Shown here: in pieces, positions 14,855 to 29,096 of the stretch
Layout: each line of letters starts with the position of its first letter
Position numbering within the stretch: the stretch's first letter is position 1
Origin: Eledone cirrhosa
Taxonomy: Eukaryota
Length of the DNA stretch: 64,000 bases
NCBI GenBank assembly: GCA_964016885.1
Contig: OZ024747.1
Span: forward strand, 8,370,001-8,434,000
Direction: 5' to 3'
The notes under the pieces: generated by a model
What the model saw: the letters and a program-made list of their open reading frames with translations, nothing else
Told to the model about the DNA's origin: nothing
Database searches by the model: none
Translations under genes and position numbers: made by a program

Positions 14855-16243
14855 TCATCATCATCATCATCAGGTTTAGCGTCCGTGTTCCACGCTTGCA
14901 TGGGTTTGGACGGGGGTTTTCCCACTTGAGGCAAGAGTGGTTGTCTTGCTCGCATAGGACTGTCTGGCGGGTTTTCTACAGTTGGATGCCCTTCCTAACA
15001 CCAACCACATTTACAGTGTGGGGCTGGGAGGTTTTTACCGTGTTGCCTACACGGCCACATTACAGCGTGGACTGTCTGGCGGGTTTTCTACAGCTGGATG
15101 CCCTTCCTAACACCAACCACATTTACAGTGTGGGGCTGGGAGGTTTTTACCGTGTTGCCTACACGGCCACATTTACAGCGTGGACTGTGTGTTTTTTGTC
15201 GTGACACCTACACGATCTCATTTGTTTCGGCCTGGATGTTGTGGGACCAACATAACTTTACATTGAAAGGGGCGGTGTGGGTGGGGTGGAGGTGGTGGGA
15301 CGGGGGTGTGTTTTGATAGAGGTGCCTACTGACTGTAGTAGGTTTTTACTTTGTATTTAGGTAAGGCGGGTCTTCTCTATTACTGAGTACCGCCAAAGGT
15401 CTCGGTCCAGTGACATTGTCTTGGAGAGGTGTAAGCGTGTGAGGTCGGAATTTATCAGCTCGTCCCATGTTTTTCTGGGTCTGCCTACTCCGTGGCTACC
15501 GTCTATCTTTATTGCCCTGCACTTTGTTATACAGCTGTCGTCTTTCATGCGCATCACGTGACCGTACCAACGTAGCCTTCTCTCGAGTAAACAACATCTG
15601 ATCCCTCTTATTTCTAATTTTTTCTTTAGTTCGTTTATGCTTTGCCGTTCACGTATATTACTATTGCACATCCAGCGGAGCATGCAAGCTTCGTTCCTCT
15701 CTAGTCTGCGTATATCCTCTGCACACAATGCCCAGGTCTCACTGCCATGCAGCATTGCTGTTCGTATGCAGGCATCGTATAACCTGCCTTTCATTTTTAG
15801 GGAGAACCCTCTAGCGGCTAATAGTGGTATAAGCTCTCTGAACTTTTTCCATCCAGTTCTGACTCTAGCTACTGTACTTTCAGAGCACCCTCCCCCACTG
15901 CTGATTTTGTCACCCAGATAACGGAAGCTGTCCACTATTTCTATAGAACCCTCTGCGCAGTTGAAGGAGCTAGTATTTTGTGGGCACTTGCTGCTACTTA
16001 TTGCACCAGAGCACCGGCCACATGTAAAATCTATGTTCTTAGTTAGCTTACCTGTGATCCCACTACATCTTTTATGCACCCATACTTTGCATTTGGGACA
16101 TAAAATGGAGTTTCTACCTACGCCTTTCCTACACACTGAGCATGGCCATTTCCCCGATGGGACCGCCGCCTTATTTTCTTTCCTACAAACTAGAACTTTA
16201 GTCTTAGCCAGGTTAATTTTAAGGCCTTTTGATTCTAGGGAGA
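14851..16243 (-). mobile_element. 5'-truncated RTE-clade LINE with 3'UTR and (GAT)n tail
   Basis: Uninterrupted RT C-terminal frame followed by about 500 bp of 3'UTR, ending in a (TA)n target. Confidence 0.92.
15357..16243 (-). pseudogene. RTE LINE reverse transcriptase C-terminal fragment with C4HC3 PHD finger
   Basis: GLKINLAKTKVL, FRYLG, MLHGSETW, RRLRWYGHVMRM, GRPRKTW motifs; the first 47 or so residues of the called ORF are flanking sequence. Confidence 0.9.
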
Positions 16244-16419
16244 GATAGTCTGATAAGATATGCATTGTAAGTTTAAACGACAGCAACTCTATGTATAAAT
16301 AGAATAGAGAATGTATATAATAAGGACATTGTGTAGAAGTGAGAAAAACAGCAGATGTCTGAGGTGTTAGGATTTTTATCAAATCTCTTCAACTGATAAT
16401 GTTCTGTAACCATGGCTTA

Positions 16420-16916
16420 AACAGTTGCCTTTCATCCTCCTAGGGTGGGTAAAATATAGTACCACTGAGTTTGATATAAACGAGTTTTTGCGACCCCCAA
16501 AATTGTTGGCCTTGTGCCTAAATCAGAAACTATTATTCTTACCATTATTTGGCAGTATCGGTAGAACGTCAGACACCATGCTCTGCAGCATAGAGTTTTT
16601 GCCCTTTACATTCTGAGTTCGAATAGCACTGAGGTTAACTTTGCCTTTCATCCTTACAGGGTCGATAAAATAAAGTACCAGTAATGTACTGTAGTAGAAA
16701 CAATTACTCTTAAGGTGGTAGATTTGTGTTGGTCAAAATGCTTTGTGGAACTTTTTTCATCTCTTTATGTTCTGAGTTCAAATCCTGTCAAGGTCAACTT
16801 TGTCTTTTATCCTTTCGCGGTCAATAAATAAAGTACTAGTCAGGTACAGGAGCTGGTATAACTGAGACTTTCCCCTTGCCACAAGATTACTGGCCTTGTG
16901 CCTCAAGTAGAAATCA
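16420..16916 (+). mobile_element. Cluster of three SINE family 2 copies or fragments
   Basis: Repeated ttgcctttcatcc / ggccttgtgcc..agaaac motifs at about 16425, 16548 and 16715. Confidence 0.8.
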
Positions 16917-17689
16917 TTGATATAAGCAATAAAAAAGGGGGCAATGTAGTCCCCCTTCCCTATTAAGGAACTTGTTCTCCAAGATATTTGTTACTGTTTT
17001 CTATTGTTATATTTATTATAATTTCTATAATTGTTATTCCAATTGTTTTCTCTTCAGAGATGTCCTCTTTCTTTTACTTCATGTGAACCCATTCTGTATT
17101 GTCCCTAATATCTTGGGCCCCTGTGGCCAATAAAACAAATCATTATTATTACCACGATACTGTTTATTCTATCAGTGTTTAATATTTTTACCTGAAACAT
17201 CTAGTCAATCAATATACCTGCCCATTGATTTCTTTTTTTTTTAAGAAAAAAATAAATACCTTTTCTTCCTTCTTTCAGTGTTTCCTATAATTCCATTCAC
17301 AAAGACATTTTAATTATCTCCCCTTCCCCCCTAGCTCTTCTATCAGTCACTATTATCTCCACATATTTTTTTGTATTATTATCATCATGATTATCATTAT
17401 TATCACTATCATCATTATTATTATTCTTTTTTACATTCCTTTCTTTTACTTCTAGTTCTAGATAATTATTTTCTTGTTGTTGTGTGGCATCATACATAAG
17501 ATTTCTTTGTACACATTGTCCATTCTATTGATTTTTGGTGTTCTCCTTTACCAGAACCTTCCATGATGCTCCAATCCAATCCAATCCAAAGAAAAGGCTT
17601 CTAGTAAATTCTTTTAATCCATTTTTTCCTGTCATAATCCTGGAGGCATTTTCAATCCAACAACATTGAATAGAAAGTTTGAGAGGCTG

Positions 17690-17700
17690 AGACATATATA

Positions 17701-17757
<57 letters not shown>

Positions 17758-18210
17758 CTAGAGAGAGAGATGTATATATATGTGTGTGTACATATAGAGA
17801 GAGAGATGTATATATATGTGTGTGTGTACATATAGAGAGAGAGATGTATATATATGTGTGTGTGTATATATATATATATAACGAGAGAGATGTATATTTA
17901 TGTGTGTGTGTACATATAGAGAGAGAGATGTATATATATGTGTGTGTGTACATATAGAGAGAGAGATGTATATATATGTCTGTGTGTATATATATATATA
18001 TAACGAGAGAGAGAGATGTATATATATATATATGTGTACATATAGAGAGAGAGATGTATATATATGTGTGTGTGTACATATAGAGAGAGAGATGTATATA
18101 TATGTCTGTGTGTATATAAAATACAATATGTGGAAAAGGTAACTCACTAGAGAGAGGTAGTGTGCCATCAATAAAACAGGGAAAACCACGTTAATTTATG
18201 GTGATATCTG

Positions 18211-18248
<38 letters not shown>

Positions 18249-18420
18249 TAGTGAGTGAGAGAGATAGATAGATAGAGAGAGAGAGATAGTGAGTGAGTGA
18301 GAGAGATAGATAGAGAGAGAGAGAGATAGTGAGTGAGTGAGAGAGATAGATAGATAGTGAGTGAGTGAGAGATAGAGAGAGTGAGAGAGATAGATAGATA
18401 GAGTGAGTGAGAGAGAGGAC
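17690..18420. repeat. Compound GA/TA/TG minisatellite and (GA/GATA/GAGT)n tract
   Basis: Unit gagagagatgtatatatatgtgtgtgtacatata repeated. Confidence 0.85.
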
Positions 18421-18547
18421 TAGCTCTCTCAATAAACAAATGTATTTACTACACACTATTTGTTTCTTTTTAGCTTTTCTTGTGTTTTATTTTATCTTAT
18501 CTTTCTTGTTTTTCCCTTAAAGCGCCTTCTTTTTTGTCTTACCTATA

Positions 18548-19505
18548 TTGTTGTTGGTGGTGGTGTTGTTGTTGTTGGGGTTTATGGTGGTGGTGTTGGT
18601 GGCAGTGTTGGTGGTGGTGGTGTTGGTGGTGGTGGTGGTGTTGTTGTTGTTGTTGGGGTTTATGGTGGTGGCGTTGGTGGTGTTGGGGTTTATGGTGGTG
18701 GTGTTGGTGGCAGTGTTGGTGGTGGTGGTGGTATTGGGGTTTATGGTGGTGTTGGGGTTTATGGTGGTGGTGAAGTTGTTGATGGGGAGGGAGAGGTGGG
18801 GTGATGTTGCTGATCATGATGTTTTTGCTGATGTTGTTGTTATAGTTAGTGGTGGTGGTGGTGGTGGTGGTGGTAGATGCTGTTGTTACTGGTGGTGGTG
18901 GTGGTGGTGGTAGATGCTGTTGTTACTGGTGGTGGTGGTGGTGGTAGATGCTGTTGTTACTGGTGGTGGTGGTGGTGGTGGTGGTGGTGGTGGTGGTGTT
19001 GTTGTTAGTGGTGGTGGTGGTGGTAGATGTCATCGTTGTACTTACTGGCGGTGGTGGTTGCAGATGCTGTTGTTGTTGTTGTTACTGATGGTGGTGGTGG
19101 TTGATGCCGTTGTTGTTGTTGTTAGTGGTGGTGGTGGTGGTGGTAGATGTCATCGTTGTACTTACTGGTGGTGGTGGTTGCAGATGCTGTTGTTGTTGTT
19201 GTTGTTAGTGGTGGTGGTGGTGGTTGATGCCGTTGTTGTTGTTGTTAGTGGTGGTGGTGGTGGTAGATGTTGTTGTTACTGGTGGTGGTGCTGGTGCTGG
19301 TGTTGTTGTTAGTGGTGGTGGTGGTGGTAGATGTCATCGTTGTACTTACTGGTGGTGGTGGTTGCAGATGCTGTTGTTGTTGTTGTTAGTGGTGGTGGTG
19401 GTTGCAGATGTTGTTGTTGTTGTTGTTAGTGGTGGTGGTGGTTGCAGATGTTGTTGTTGTTGTTGTTGTTGTTAGTGGTGGTGGTGGTGGTGGTGGTGGT
19501 GGTGA
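18548..19505. repeat. (GGT)/(GTT) compound trinucleotide array with higher-order units
   Basis: Recurrent agatgtcatcgttgtacttactgg anchor. Confidence 0.9.
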
Positions 19506-19735
19506 CAGCGATTGTTTGTTGTTCTCCATGATCTTTCACTTTTCCCCCTCCTTCCTTTCCTCCTCTCCTTTCCTGTTTCCTCTCCTTTCAGAAAAATGTT
19601 TTTCCTAAATATTTGACCACCTTAATTAAGGATTCCAAGGTACCTGGGGACAGATTTTTATTGATCTATGTGAGGGTTTTGATAAACAAGTAGATCTGAA
19701 GTATGTAGCTAGAGTTAGGGTTAGGGTTGATGCCA

Positions 19736-20997
19736 CTCTCAATAAACTCTCCAACAACTCTCTCAATAAACTCTCCAACAACACTCTCAATAAACTCTCC
19801 AACAACTCTCTCAATAAACTCTCCAACAACTCTCTCAATAAACTCTCCAACAACTCTCTCAATAAACTCTCCAACAACTCTCTCAATAAACTCTCCAACA
19901 ACTCTCTCAATAAACTCTCCAACAACTCTCTCAATAAACTCTCCAACAACTCTCTCAATAAACTCTCCAACAACTCTCTCAATAAACTCTCCAACAACAC
20001 TCTCAATAAACTCTCCAACAACTCTCTCAATAAACTCTCCAACAACTCTCTCAATAAACTCTCCAACAACTCTCTCAATAAACTCTCCAACAACTCTCTC
20101 AATAAACTCTCCAACAACTCTCTCAATAAACTCTCCAACAACTCTCTCAATAAACTCTCCAACAACTCTCTCAATAAACTCTCCAACAACTCTCTCAATA
20201 AACTCTCCAACAACTCTCTCAATAAACTCTCCAACAACTCTCTCAATAAACTCTCCAACAACTCTCTCAATAAACTCTCCAACAACTCTCTCAATAAACT
20301 CTCCAACAACTCTCTCAATAAACTCTCCAACAACACTCTCAATAAACTCTCCAACAACTCTCTCAATAAACTCTCCAACAACTCTCTCAATAAACTCTCC
20401 AACAACACTCTCAATAAACTCTCCAACAACTCTCTCAATAAACTCTCCAACAACTCTCTCAATAAACTCTCCAACAACTCTCTCAATAAACTCTCCAACA
20501 ACTCTCTCAATAAACTCTCCAACAACTCTCTCAATAAACTCTCCAACAACACTCTCAATAAACTCTCCAACAACTCTCTCAATAAACTCACCAACAACTC
20601 TCTCAATAAACTCTCCAACAACTCTCTCAATAAACTCTCCAACAACTCTCTCAATAAACTCTCCAACAACTCTCTCAATAAACTCACCAACAACTCTCTC
20701 AATAAACTCTCCAACAACTCTCTCAATAAACTCTCCAACAACTCTCTCAATAAACTCACCAACAACTCTCTCAATAAACTCTCCAACAACTCTCTCAATA
20801 AACTCTCCAACAACTCTCTCAATAAACTCTCTAACAACTCTCTCAATAAACTCACCAACAACTCTCTCAATAAACTCTCCAACAACTCTCTCAATAAACT
20901 CTCCAACAACTCTCTCAATAAACTCTCCAACAACTCTCTCAATAAACTCTCCAACAACTCTCTCAATAAACTCTCCAACAACTCTCTCAATAAACTG
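19736..20997. repeat. 24-bp minisatellite (ctctcaataaactctccaacaact), about 52 copies
   Basis: Highly homogeneous array; explains the TLSINSPT and RELLESLL ORFs. Confidence 0.97.
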
Positions 20998-21466
20998 CTC
21001 TACACTTAATCAGAAGCTTTTCTAAGAAAGGGGAAAAACAGCAGACCACACACATATATACATATATACATATATACATATATGTATATATATGTATATA
21101 TGTATATGTATGTATATGTGCATACATATATAAGTATAACCCATGCTAGTGTGGAAAATGGACGTTAAACAAAGATGATGATGATGATGATGATGATGTA
21201 TGCACATATATATGTATATATATGTGTATGTATATATATATATATATATATATGCATATATATATATGCATCCATATATAAGTATATATGTGTATGTATG
21301 TATATGTGCATACATATATAAGTATATATGTATGCACATATAGATGTAGATATATATATATGTATATATATGTGCATGTGTATGTATATATATACATATA
21401 TATATATACGCATCCATATATAAGTATATATGTGTATGGATGTATATATATGTGTGTGTGTGTGTG

Positions 21467-21543
21467 TAGAGTGTTCCCAAAAATGTATACACACATTTAT
21501 TAGAATGCTGCTGAAGTGTGTATACATTTTTTTGGATACCCTG
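21467..21543. mobile_element. Tc1/mariner-type mini-MITE
   Basis: About 28-bp TIRs (agagtgttcccaaaaatgtatacacac / gtgtgtatacatttttttggataccctg) followed by TA. Confidence 0.7.
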
Positions 21544-21596
21544 TATATATACACACACATTCATATACACATACATATGTACACATGTGTATGCAT

Positions 21597-21732
<136 letters not shown>

Positions 21733-22293
21733 CTGCTGTATTGTATAGTAAAGCATAAGTGAAGGATATCCTGCATCAGAATCTATTATCCAATTGCTTA
21801 TAAGTTTGTTTTTGTGTCTTTTCTGTCTGTTTGTTGCTGTTTTTACTTTTGTTATTTGTTTATATTTATATTTTGATGTTTTTGTGTTGCTCTTGTTTTA
21901 GCTAATATCTCCACTGTATCTCCACTGAGGAATTTTGTTATGAAAAAAACACCAAAAAACAATGTAATTCTTTGGGATTATATTAACTATGAGTAGTAGT
22001 ACGTTATTAGTTAGTAGATGGTATCAAATATTTGGTTAATGTTATAAACTACTGTCAGAATTGAGAAATATTTACATGAGATATATAATGAAGCATACAC
22101 TAACCCTTTCACCCCATATTTCTAATGGAACTACAATCTCTATTTTCGAATAATTTTTAAAATCGTTAAGCATTTGGAGGGATGGAATTTAATAATATGA
22201 CTGACTTTTTCATTATTAAGCTGGTTTGGAAGATAACTTAGCAAAGGTTTGTACATAAAAATTATGATAGGTTTTTAGAGTAATATGAACACT

Positions 22294-22557
22294 TTAACCC
22301 TTTCATTACCATATTTCCAATGAAATACATTGTTCATGATTTTCAAATAATTTTGAAAATAATCAAGTATTTGAAGAGATTTAGTAATAAAACTTTCTAA
22401 TTATAAGCTGGTGTTTGGAACATAACTTAACAAAGGTTCTTACATAGGATTATGGTGGAAGATTTTTAAAAAATAAATATCAACACTTTTAAACAAACTG
22501 GTGTTGTATCATAGAACCTAGTGCCATTTCAGATAATTTGTTATCTAAAGGTTTAAT
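22294..22557 (+). mobile_element. piggyBac-like MITE family P1
   Basis: TTAA-CCCTTT ... AAAGGT-TTAA ends; a partial tandem copy lies at 22101-22293. Confidence 0.7.
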
Positions 22558-22609
22558 AGTGAAGGCTCATGAGTGAATGATTTAACAATATATAAATTGA
22601 ATAGTTGTT

Positions 22610-23420
22610 TGTCCTTTGGAATAGAAGATAACAATGATTTCAGTGTTGGGTGGAAGATCTTTGGCTGGGGATCTTGAGGTGGCTGTTGAGGCCAATCCGG
22701 GCCCAGAAACGATGTCCACATGTCAGGCTCATGTGGGTAGGTGCTGAAGTGGATGTGGCTCGTTTCTTGTGCACAGAGCATTTTCTTTGAGCCTCTGAAA
22801 TGTGTCTGTTTCTGCAGCACATGCTTCCTCAAAGATTTTGTTTTGTCAGTTTGGGCAATCTAGGGCAAGTGATTCCCAGCTACTGGGATTGATCTTGAGG
22901 TTTTTGAGGAATGTTTTAAGATTGTCTTTGAAACATTTCTTCTCCTCTGACTGAGTACTTGTCCTGGCTCAGCTCTGCATACAGTAGCTGTGTCAGTAGT
23001 CTTCTATCAGATATCCTGATAACATGACCCATCCATCTGACTTGGGCTTTCTCTAGGAGTGTGGACAATACAACTGCAAGACTGTCTCAAGACCTTCAAG
23101 TCTGGGATTTTTGTCCTGCCACCATATCTGAAAAAGTCTGTGGAGGCAGCTCAGATGGAAATAGTTGAGCTGTTTAGTATATCTGCTGTTCAGCCTAGGT
23201 TTTGCAGATGTAGAGAAGGATGGTGCGCATCGTTGCCTGATAGATTTTGTGTTTGGTGCTGAAGCTGAATCCCTTCCACTCCCACACATTCTCAAGAAGT
23301 CTCCCAAAGGCAACACTGGCTTTAGCAATTCTATTGCTAACCTCTGTATCTATGATTGCTATTCATAAAAGAAGGGTTCATCCTAAATAAGTGAAGCTAT
23401 CAGCAGCTTGTAGCACTGTG
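22610..23420 (-). pseudogene. Degenerate RTE-1/BovB-like LINE fragment
   Basis: QLNYFHLSCLHRLFQIWWQDK and MGHVIRISDRRLLTQLLYAELSQ motifs with frameshifts. Confidence 0.8.
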
Positions 23421-23723
23421 GTGGATTGAATTGTGGATGATTCAATAATATATGGATTGAATAATGAGTGATTCAATAGTTAATATATAAAATAATGAGT
23501 GAATTATTCTATAGTGCATGAATTAAATAATGTGATGAACAGCAAAACAAAATGCAATCAAATAAATTAGTCAGAAGAAGAAGTGGAATGGGAAAGAGGA
23601 GTTTATATGGGTTTCTTTGGTCTAATTTCAGCTCATTTTGGTTAATTTGGGCAATAGTATGTAACAGCATCATAAAAACTGATAAAGATTATCAGGGTGA
23701 GGATCACAATCAGGATCAAGGGG

Positions 23724-24688
23724 ATCATCATCATCATAATTATTATCATAATCATCATCATCATCATCATCGTCGTCATGATGAACATGATCATAATTAC
23801 CATGATCATCATAATTATTTGGCATTTATGATAGTACTAGTGGTGGTGATGATGATGATGATGTTGGTGGTGGTGATGACGATGGTGGTATTGGTGGTGA
23901 TGGTGATGGTGATGGTGATGATGATGATGGTGGCGGTGATGACGACGATGATGGTGGTGGTGATGATGATGATGATGGTGATGGTAGCATGTGGAGCAGA
24001 AAAGAAGCACATTAACAAATGGTGGCAATGCTCACTGGTGAGGCAGCTTATGGTAATTATTACTATAATGTTTATTGAGGGGAATGAAAAAAAAACACGG
24101 GAGGGCAAGGAAGTCAGCACCATCATTATCATCTCCACCATCATCATCATCACCGTCATCATGACCATCATCACCACCACCATCATCACCGTCATCACCA
24201 CCACCATCATCATTACCATCATCACCACCACCACCATCATTACCATCATCATCACCACCACCACCATCATCATCACCACCACCATCATCATTACCATCAT
24301 CACCACCACCATCATCATTACCATCATTACCACCACCACCATCATTACCATCATCATCACTACCACCACCACCATCATCACCACCACCATCATCATTACC
24401 ATCATCATCACCACCCATCATCATTACCATCATCATCACCACCACCACCATCATCACCACCACCATCATCATTACCATCATCATCACCACCACCATCATC
24501 ACCACCACCATCATCATTACCATCATCATCACCACCACCATCATCATTACCATCATCATCACCACCACCCACCATCATTACCATCATCACCACCACCCAC
24601 CATCATTACCATCATCATCATCTCTACCACCACCATCATTATTCTCATCATCATCATCATAACCACCATCATCATCATCATCACCATC
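23724..24688. repeat. (CAT/CAC)n and (GAT/GGT)n trinucleotide blocks in alternating orientation
   Basis: CAT block 23724-23815, GAT block 23840-23985, CAT/CAC block 24118-24688. Confidence 0.9.
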
Positions 24689-25124
24689 AGATGGAGAAGA
24701 ATATCTACAATAATAAACTATATATAAAAATCTAACTGTTCTCCAGCGTATCTGGAAAACTATGAAAATCATGTATCATGTATCAAGTAGAGTTAGAATT
24801 CCTGATAGGGATGTAGTCGAAAACATTTGTAATGTTAAATGTTGCGGAACAACTTCTGATATTTGTGATTTTTATTAGGGTTCAAGAACAATCAATAAGC
24901 ATGAGAAGAGAAATGAGTGAAAAGAGATGAGATGAGAGGAGAAGAGAGAGAAGAGTGTGTGATGAGAGAGGAAAGAATGGTAAGAAGAATGTTTGATGAG
25001 AAGAGAGGAAAGAGTATGGTGCATTGGAGCTTATGTGTCGTTATAGAGGAATAATGCAATCTTGCGGAACAATCAAAAAGGAATCTTTACATGTAGATAT
25101 AACATGTGTGTTGTGTTTCGTTAG

Positions 25125-25772
25125 TTTATGTATGTATATATATATGTATTTGTCTCACTGTATATATATATATATGTATGTGTGTATATTTGTCTCACTG
25201 TATGTATGTATGTATATATATATGTATGTGTGTATTTGTCTCACTGTATGTATGTATGTATGTATATATATATGTATGTGTATATTTGTCTCACTGTATG
25301 TATGTATGTATATATATATGTATGTGTGTATTTGTCTCACTGTATGTATGTATGTATATATATATATATGTATGTGTGTATATTTGTCTCACTGTATGTA
25401 TGTATGTATATATATATATGTATTTGTCTCACTGTATGTATATATATATATATGTATGCGTGCGTATTTGTCTCACTGTATGTATGTATATATATATATG
25501 TATGTGTGTATATTTGTCTCACTGTATGTATGTATATATATATATGTATTTGTCTCACTGTATGTATATATATATATGTGTGTGTATTTGTCTCACTGTA
25601 TGTATGTATATATATATATGTATGTGTGTATTTGTCTCACTGTATGTATGTATATATATACGTATGTGTGTGTATTTGTCTCACTGTATGTATATATGTG
25701 TGTGTATATTTGTCTCACTGTATGTATGTTTATATATATGTATGTGTGTATATTTGTCTCACTGTGTATATG

Positions 25773-25803
<31 letters not shown>

Positions 25804-27235
25804 ATATTTGTCTCACTGTATGTATGTTTATATATATGTATGTGTGTATATTTGTCTCACTGTATGTATGTATATATATGTATGTGTGTATATTTGTCTC
25901 ACTGTATATATGTATATATATGTATGTGTATATTTGTCTCACTGTATGTATATATATATATATGTATGTGTGTATATTTGTCTCACTGTATGTATGTATA
26001 TATATATGTATGTGTGTATATTTGTCTCACTGTATGTATGTATATATATGTATGTGTGTATATTTGTCTCACTGTATATATGTATATATATGTATGTGTA
26101 TATTTGTCTCACTGTATGTATATATATATATGTATGTGTGTATATTTGTCTCACTGTATGTATGTATATATATATATGTATTTGTCTCACTGTATGTATG
26201 TATATATATATATATATGTGTGTGTATTTGTCTTACTGTATGTATGTATATATATGTATGTGTATATTTGTCTCACTGTATGTATATATATATATATGTA
26301 TGTGTGTATATTTGTCTCACTGTATATATGTATATATATGTATGTGTATATTTGTCTCACTGTATGTATATATATATATGTATGTGTGTATATTTGTCTC
26401 ACTGTATGTATATATATATATATGTATGTGTGTATATTTGTCTCACTGTATGTATGTATGTATATATATATGTATGTGTGTATTTGTCTCACTGTATGTA
26501 TGTATGTATATATATATGTATGTGTGTATATTTGTCTCACTGTATGTATGTATATATATATATGTATGTGTATTTGTCTCACTGTATGTATGTATATATA
26601 TGTATGTGTGTATATTTGTCTCACTGTATGTATGTATATATATATATGTATTTGTCTCACTGTATGTATGTATATATATATATGTATTTGTCTCACTGTA
26701 TGTATATATATATATATATGTGTGTGTGTATTTGTCTTACTGTATGTATGTATGTATATATATGTATGTGTATATTTGTCTCACTGTATGTATATATATA
26801 TGTATGTCTGTATATTTGTCTCACTGTATGTATATATATGTATGTGTGTGTATTTGTCGCACTGTATGTATGTATATATGTATGTTGTTATGTATGTATG
26901 CATATATGTATATATGTATATTTTTATGTATGTATGCATATATGTATATATATATATATTTGTTTTTATGTATGTATGTGTGCATGTATGTATGTGTGTA
27001 TGTATTTATGTATGTATGTGTATGTATGTATTTATGTGTGTATATATATTTGTGTATGTATGTATATATAATTGTGCATGTATGTATATATTTATATATG
27101 TATGTATGTCTGTATGTAATGTATGTATACATTTATATATGTCTGTATGTATTCATGTGTATATATTTATATATGTATGTATGTATATATGTATGTATGT
27201 GTGTATACATGTCTGTATTCATATGTATATATGTA
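25125..27235. repeat. Minisatellite with a fixed tatttgtctcactgta anchor and variable TA/TG linkers
   Basis: More than 40 anchors between 25147 and 26870, then a degenerate (TATG)n tail. Confidence 0.93.
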
Positions 27236-27363
27236 TCAAGGGATTAATGGAAGAGTAAGGCTATTCCATTTTATACTGAAAGCAGTATTTAATTCTGGGT
27301 AATATATTCTGTCTTGGATGATTCACCAAATGCAGTAAACACACCTCAACAAAATCCAATATA

Positions 27364-27364
<1 letters not shown>

Positions 27365-27459
<95 letters not shown>

Positions 27460-27490
27460 ACACACACACCACACACACACACACACCACA

Positions 27491-27533
<43 letters not shown>

Positions 27534-27677
27534 CACACGCACACGCTCGCACGCACACATGCACACACTCAAATGCACACACACACACATGCACACGCAC
27601 ACATGTACACACACACACATGCACACACACACGCGCGCACACACATATACACACGCACACACAGACACACACACACA
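27365..27677. repeat. (CA)n microsatellite
   Basis: Visible CA run. Confidence 0.95.
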
Positions 27678-27996
27678 TAAAAAAAGATTATTTAGTTTGA
27701 GAAGTTTTGATATAAAGAAAAAAAAAGATATAGTTTTTAGTGTTTCTTTTTCTAACATAAAAAACTTTGGGTGATAACACTTATGGTTTTAACTTGCCTG
27801 TTATTACATAGATTGGGCACTAGATATGTTTTACATTTGCCAAGTACTTTATGAGTTTCAACCAGGTCTGGTGCTAACATTAAGGCCAACTAGGCAGCTA
27901 CAAAAGTGCAGACCTCAAAGATTCACATTACTGAGCCTTAAAGGATAACAGTTTTATACCTATTTATATAATTACATTAAATATATAATTCCCTGT

Positions 27997-28186
27997 TGAA
28001 GGTGGTGGATTGGCAGTATTGGTAGAGGGTCGGATGCCATGCTTTGCAGCAAAGAGTTACGGCCCTTTACGGACTGGGTTCAAATCCCACCGAGGTTAAC
28101 TTTGCCGTTCATCCTTACGGGGTCGATAAAATAAAGTACCAGTAATGTACTGGGTAATTGCTGGCCTTGTGCCAAAAGTAGAAACA
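27997..28186 (+). mobile_element. SINE family 2, full length, with target-site duplication
   Basis: attaaatatataattcc at 27976-27992 and 28187-28203. Confidence 0.9.
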
Positions 28187-28511
28187 ATTAAATATATAAT
28201 TCCTTGTAATCAATAAATCAATAATTAAGCATCTTTATCATGGTGCAGCAATGTGGAAATATTTTAAAAGGTGGAGAAGGTTGTATGGTGTTATATAACC
28301 CGTTGTGAGTTGGCATGGAGAGTGTGGACTGTGTAGTGGAAAATGCAGGCTTGGTAATTTTCTTAGTGTGGCTAAAGGATCATGTGGTAGATTTTAAACC
28401 AGATTTATGATCAGATAAATTACCCTTACCCAAGGTGGGGCACAATAGGATTGGACATAGGACTTTGATTGCAAAGTAAACTTCTTAAAACCATCTTTCC
28501 ATGCAGTGTCT

Positions 28512-28905
28512 CATCATCATCATCGTGTGGTTTAATGTCTTCTTTACTTGTCATGAGCATTAAACATTTTGGTAGCCTCTTTCGAAGTATCTCTCTGGAG
28601 TATTTATTCCAGGGATAGGTTTTGGTCTAGTTTCCAGGCTTTCAGATCATCCCTGATTACTTCTTCCCAGGTTTTAGGTGGGAATCCCCTGCCCCATCTA
28701 TCAGGGGCCACAGTCTTGGTACGCCGATGTATTCACCTACCACTATGGTTCACATGTCCAAACCAATATAGCCAGCATGATCTTAAAATAAAGTTGAGTG
28801 CTGGTATCTTTAATTTTTGGTAGAGAGATGCCATGTGGACTCTATCTGAGATTTTCACACCACATACAGAGAACCATAGCATTTTCCTTTTCCTCAGTCA
28901 TCTGT
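28512..28905 (-). pseudogene. Degenerate RTE LINE 3' fragment
   Basis: Minus strand reads ..LYWFGHV.. and ..PPKTWEEVIRDDLK; (GAT)n tail. Confidence 0.7.
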
Positions 28906-29096
28906 ACAAATAACTCCCGGTTATAAACATCCTTTTCACCTTGTTTTTCAACTCAATAGCAGACAGGGCAGCATGGAGAAGCCTATCATGGCTATCTCTT
29001 CTGTATCACAAATCCAAAATATGCTTTAGCAGGAAAAATGGTTTTAAAATGCTTATGTTGTACACATACTCATAAATATTTATTTAAACATATATA

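Noticed and set aside
19626-21025. 454-aa and 432-aa ORFs (leucine-rich / mucin-like)
   Set aside because: They are stop-free readings of a 24-bp minisatellite with no unique coding sequence or codon-position bias.
25125-26870. CRISPR-like look: constant 16-bp repeat with variable spacers
   Set aside because: The spacers are only TA/TG microsatellite slippage variants; there are no cas genes and the context is eukaryotic.
23552-27258. Long His/Ile/Thr and Cys/Tyr/Val ORFs
   Set aside because: Translations of tri- and dinucleotide repeats, open in several frames at once.
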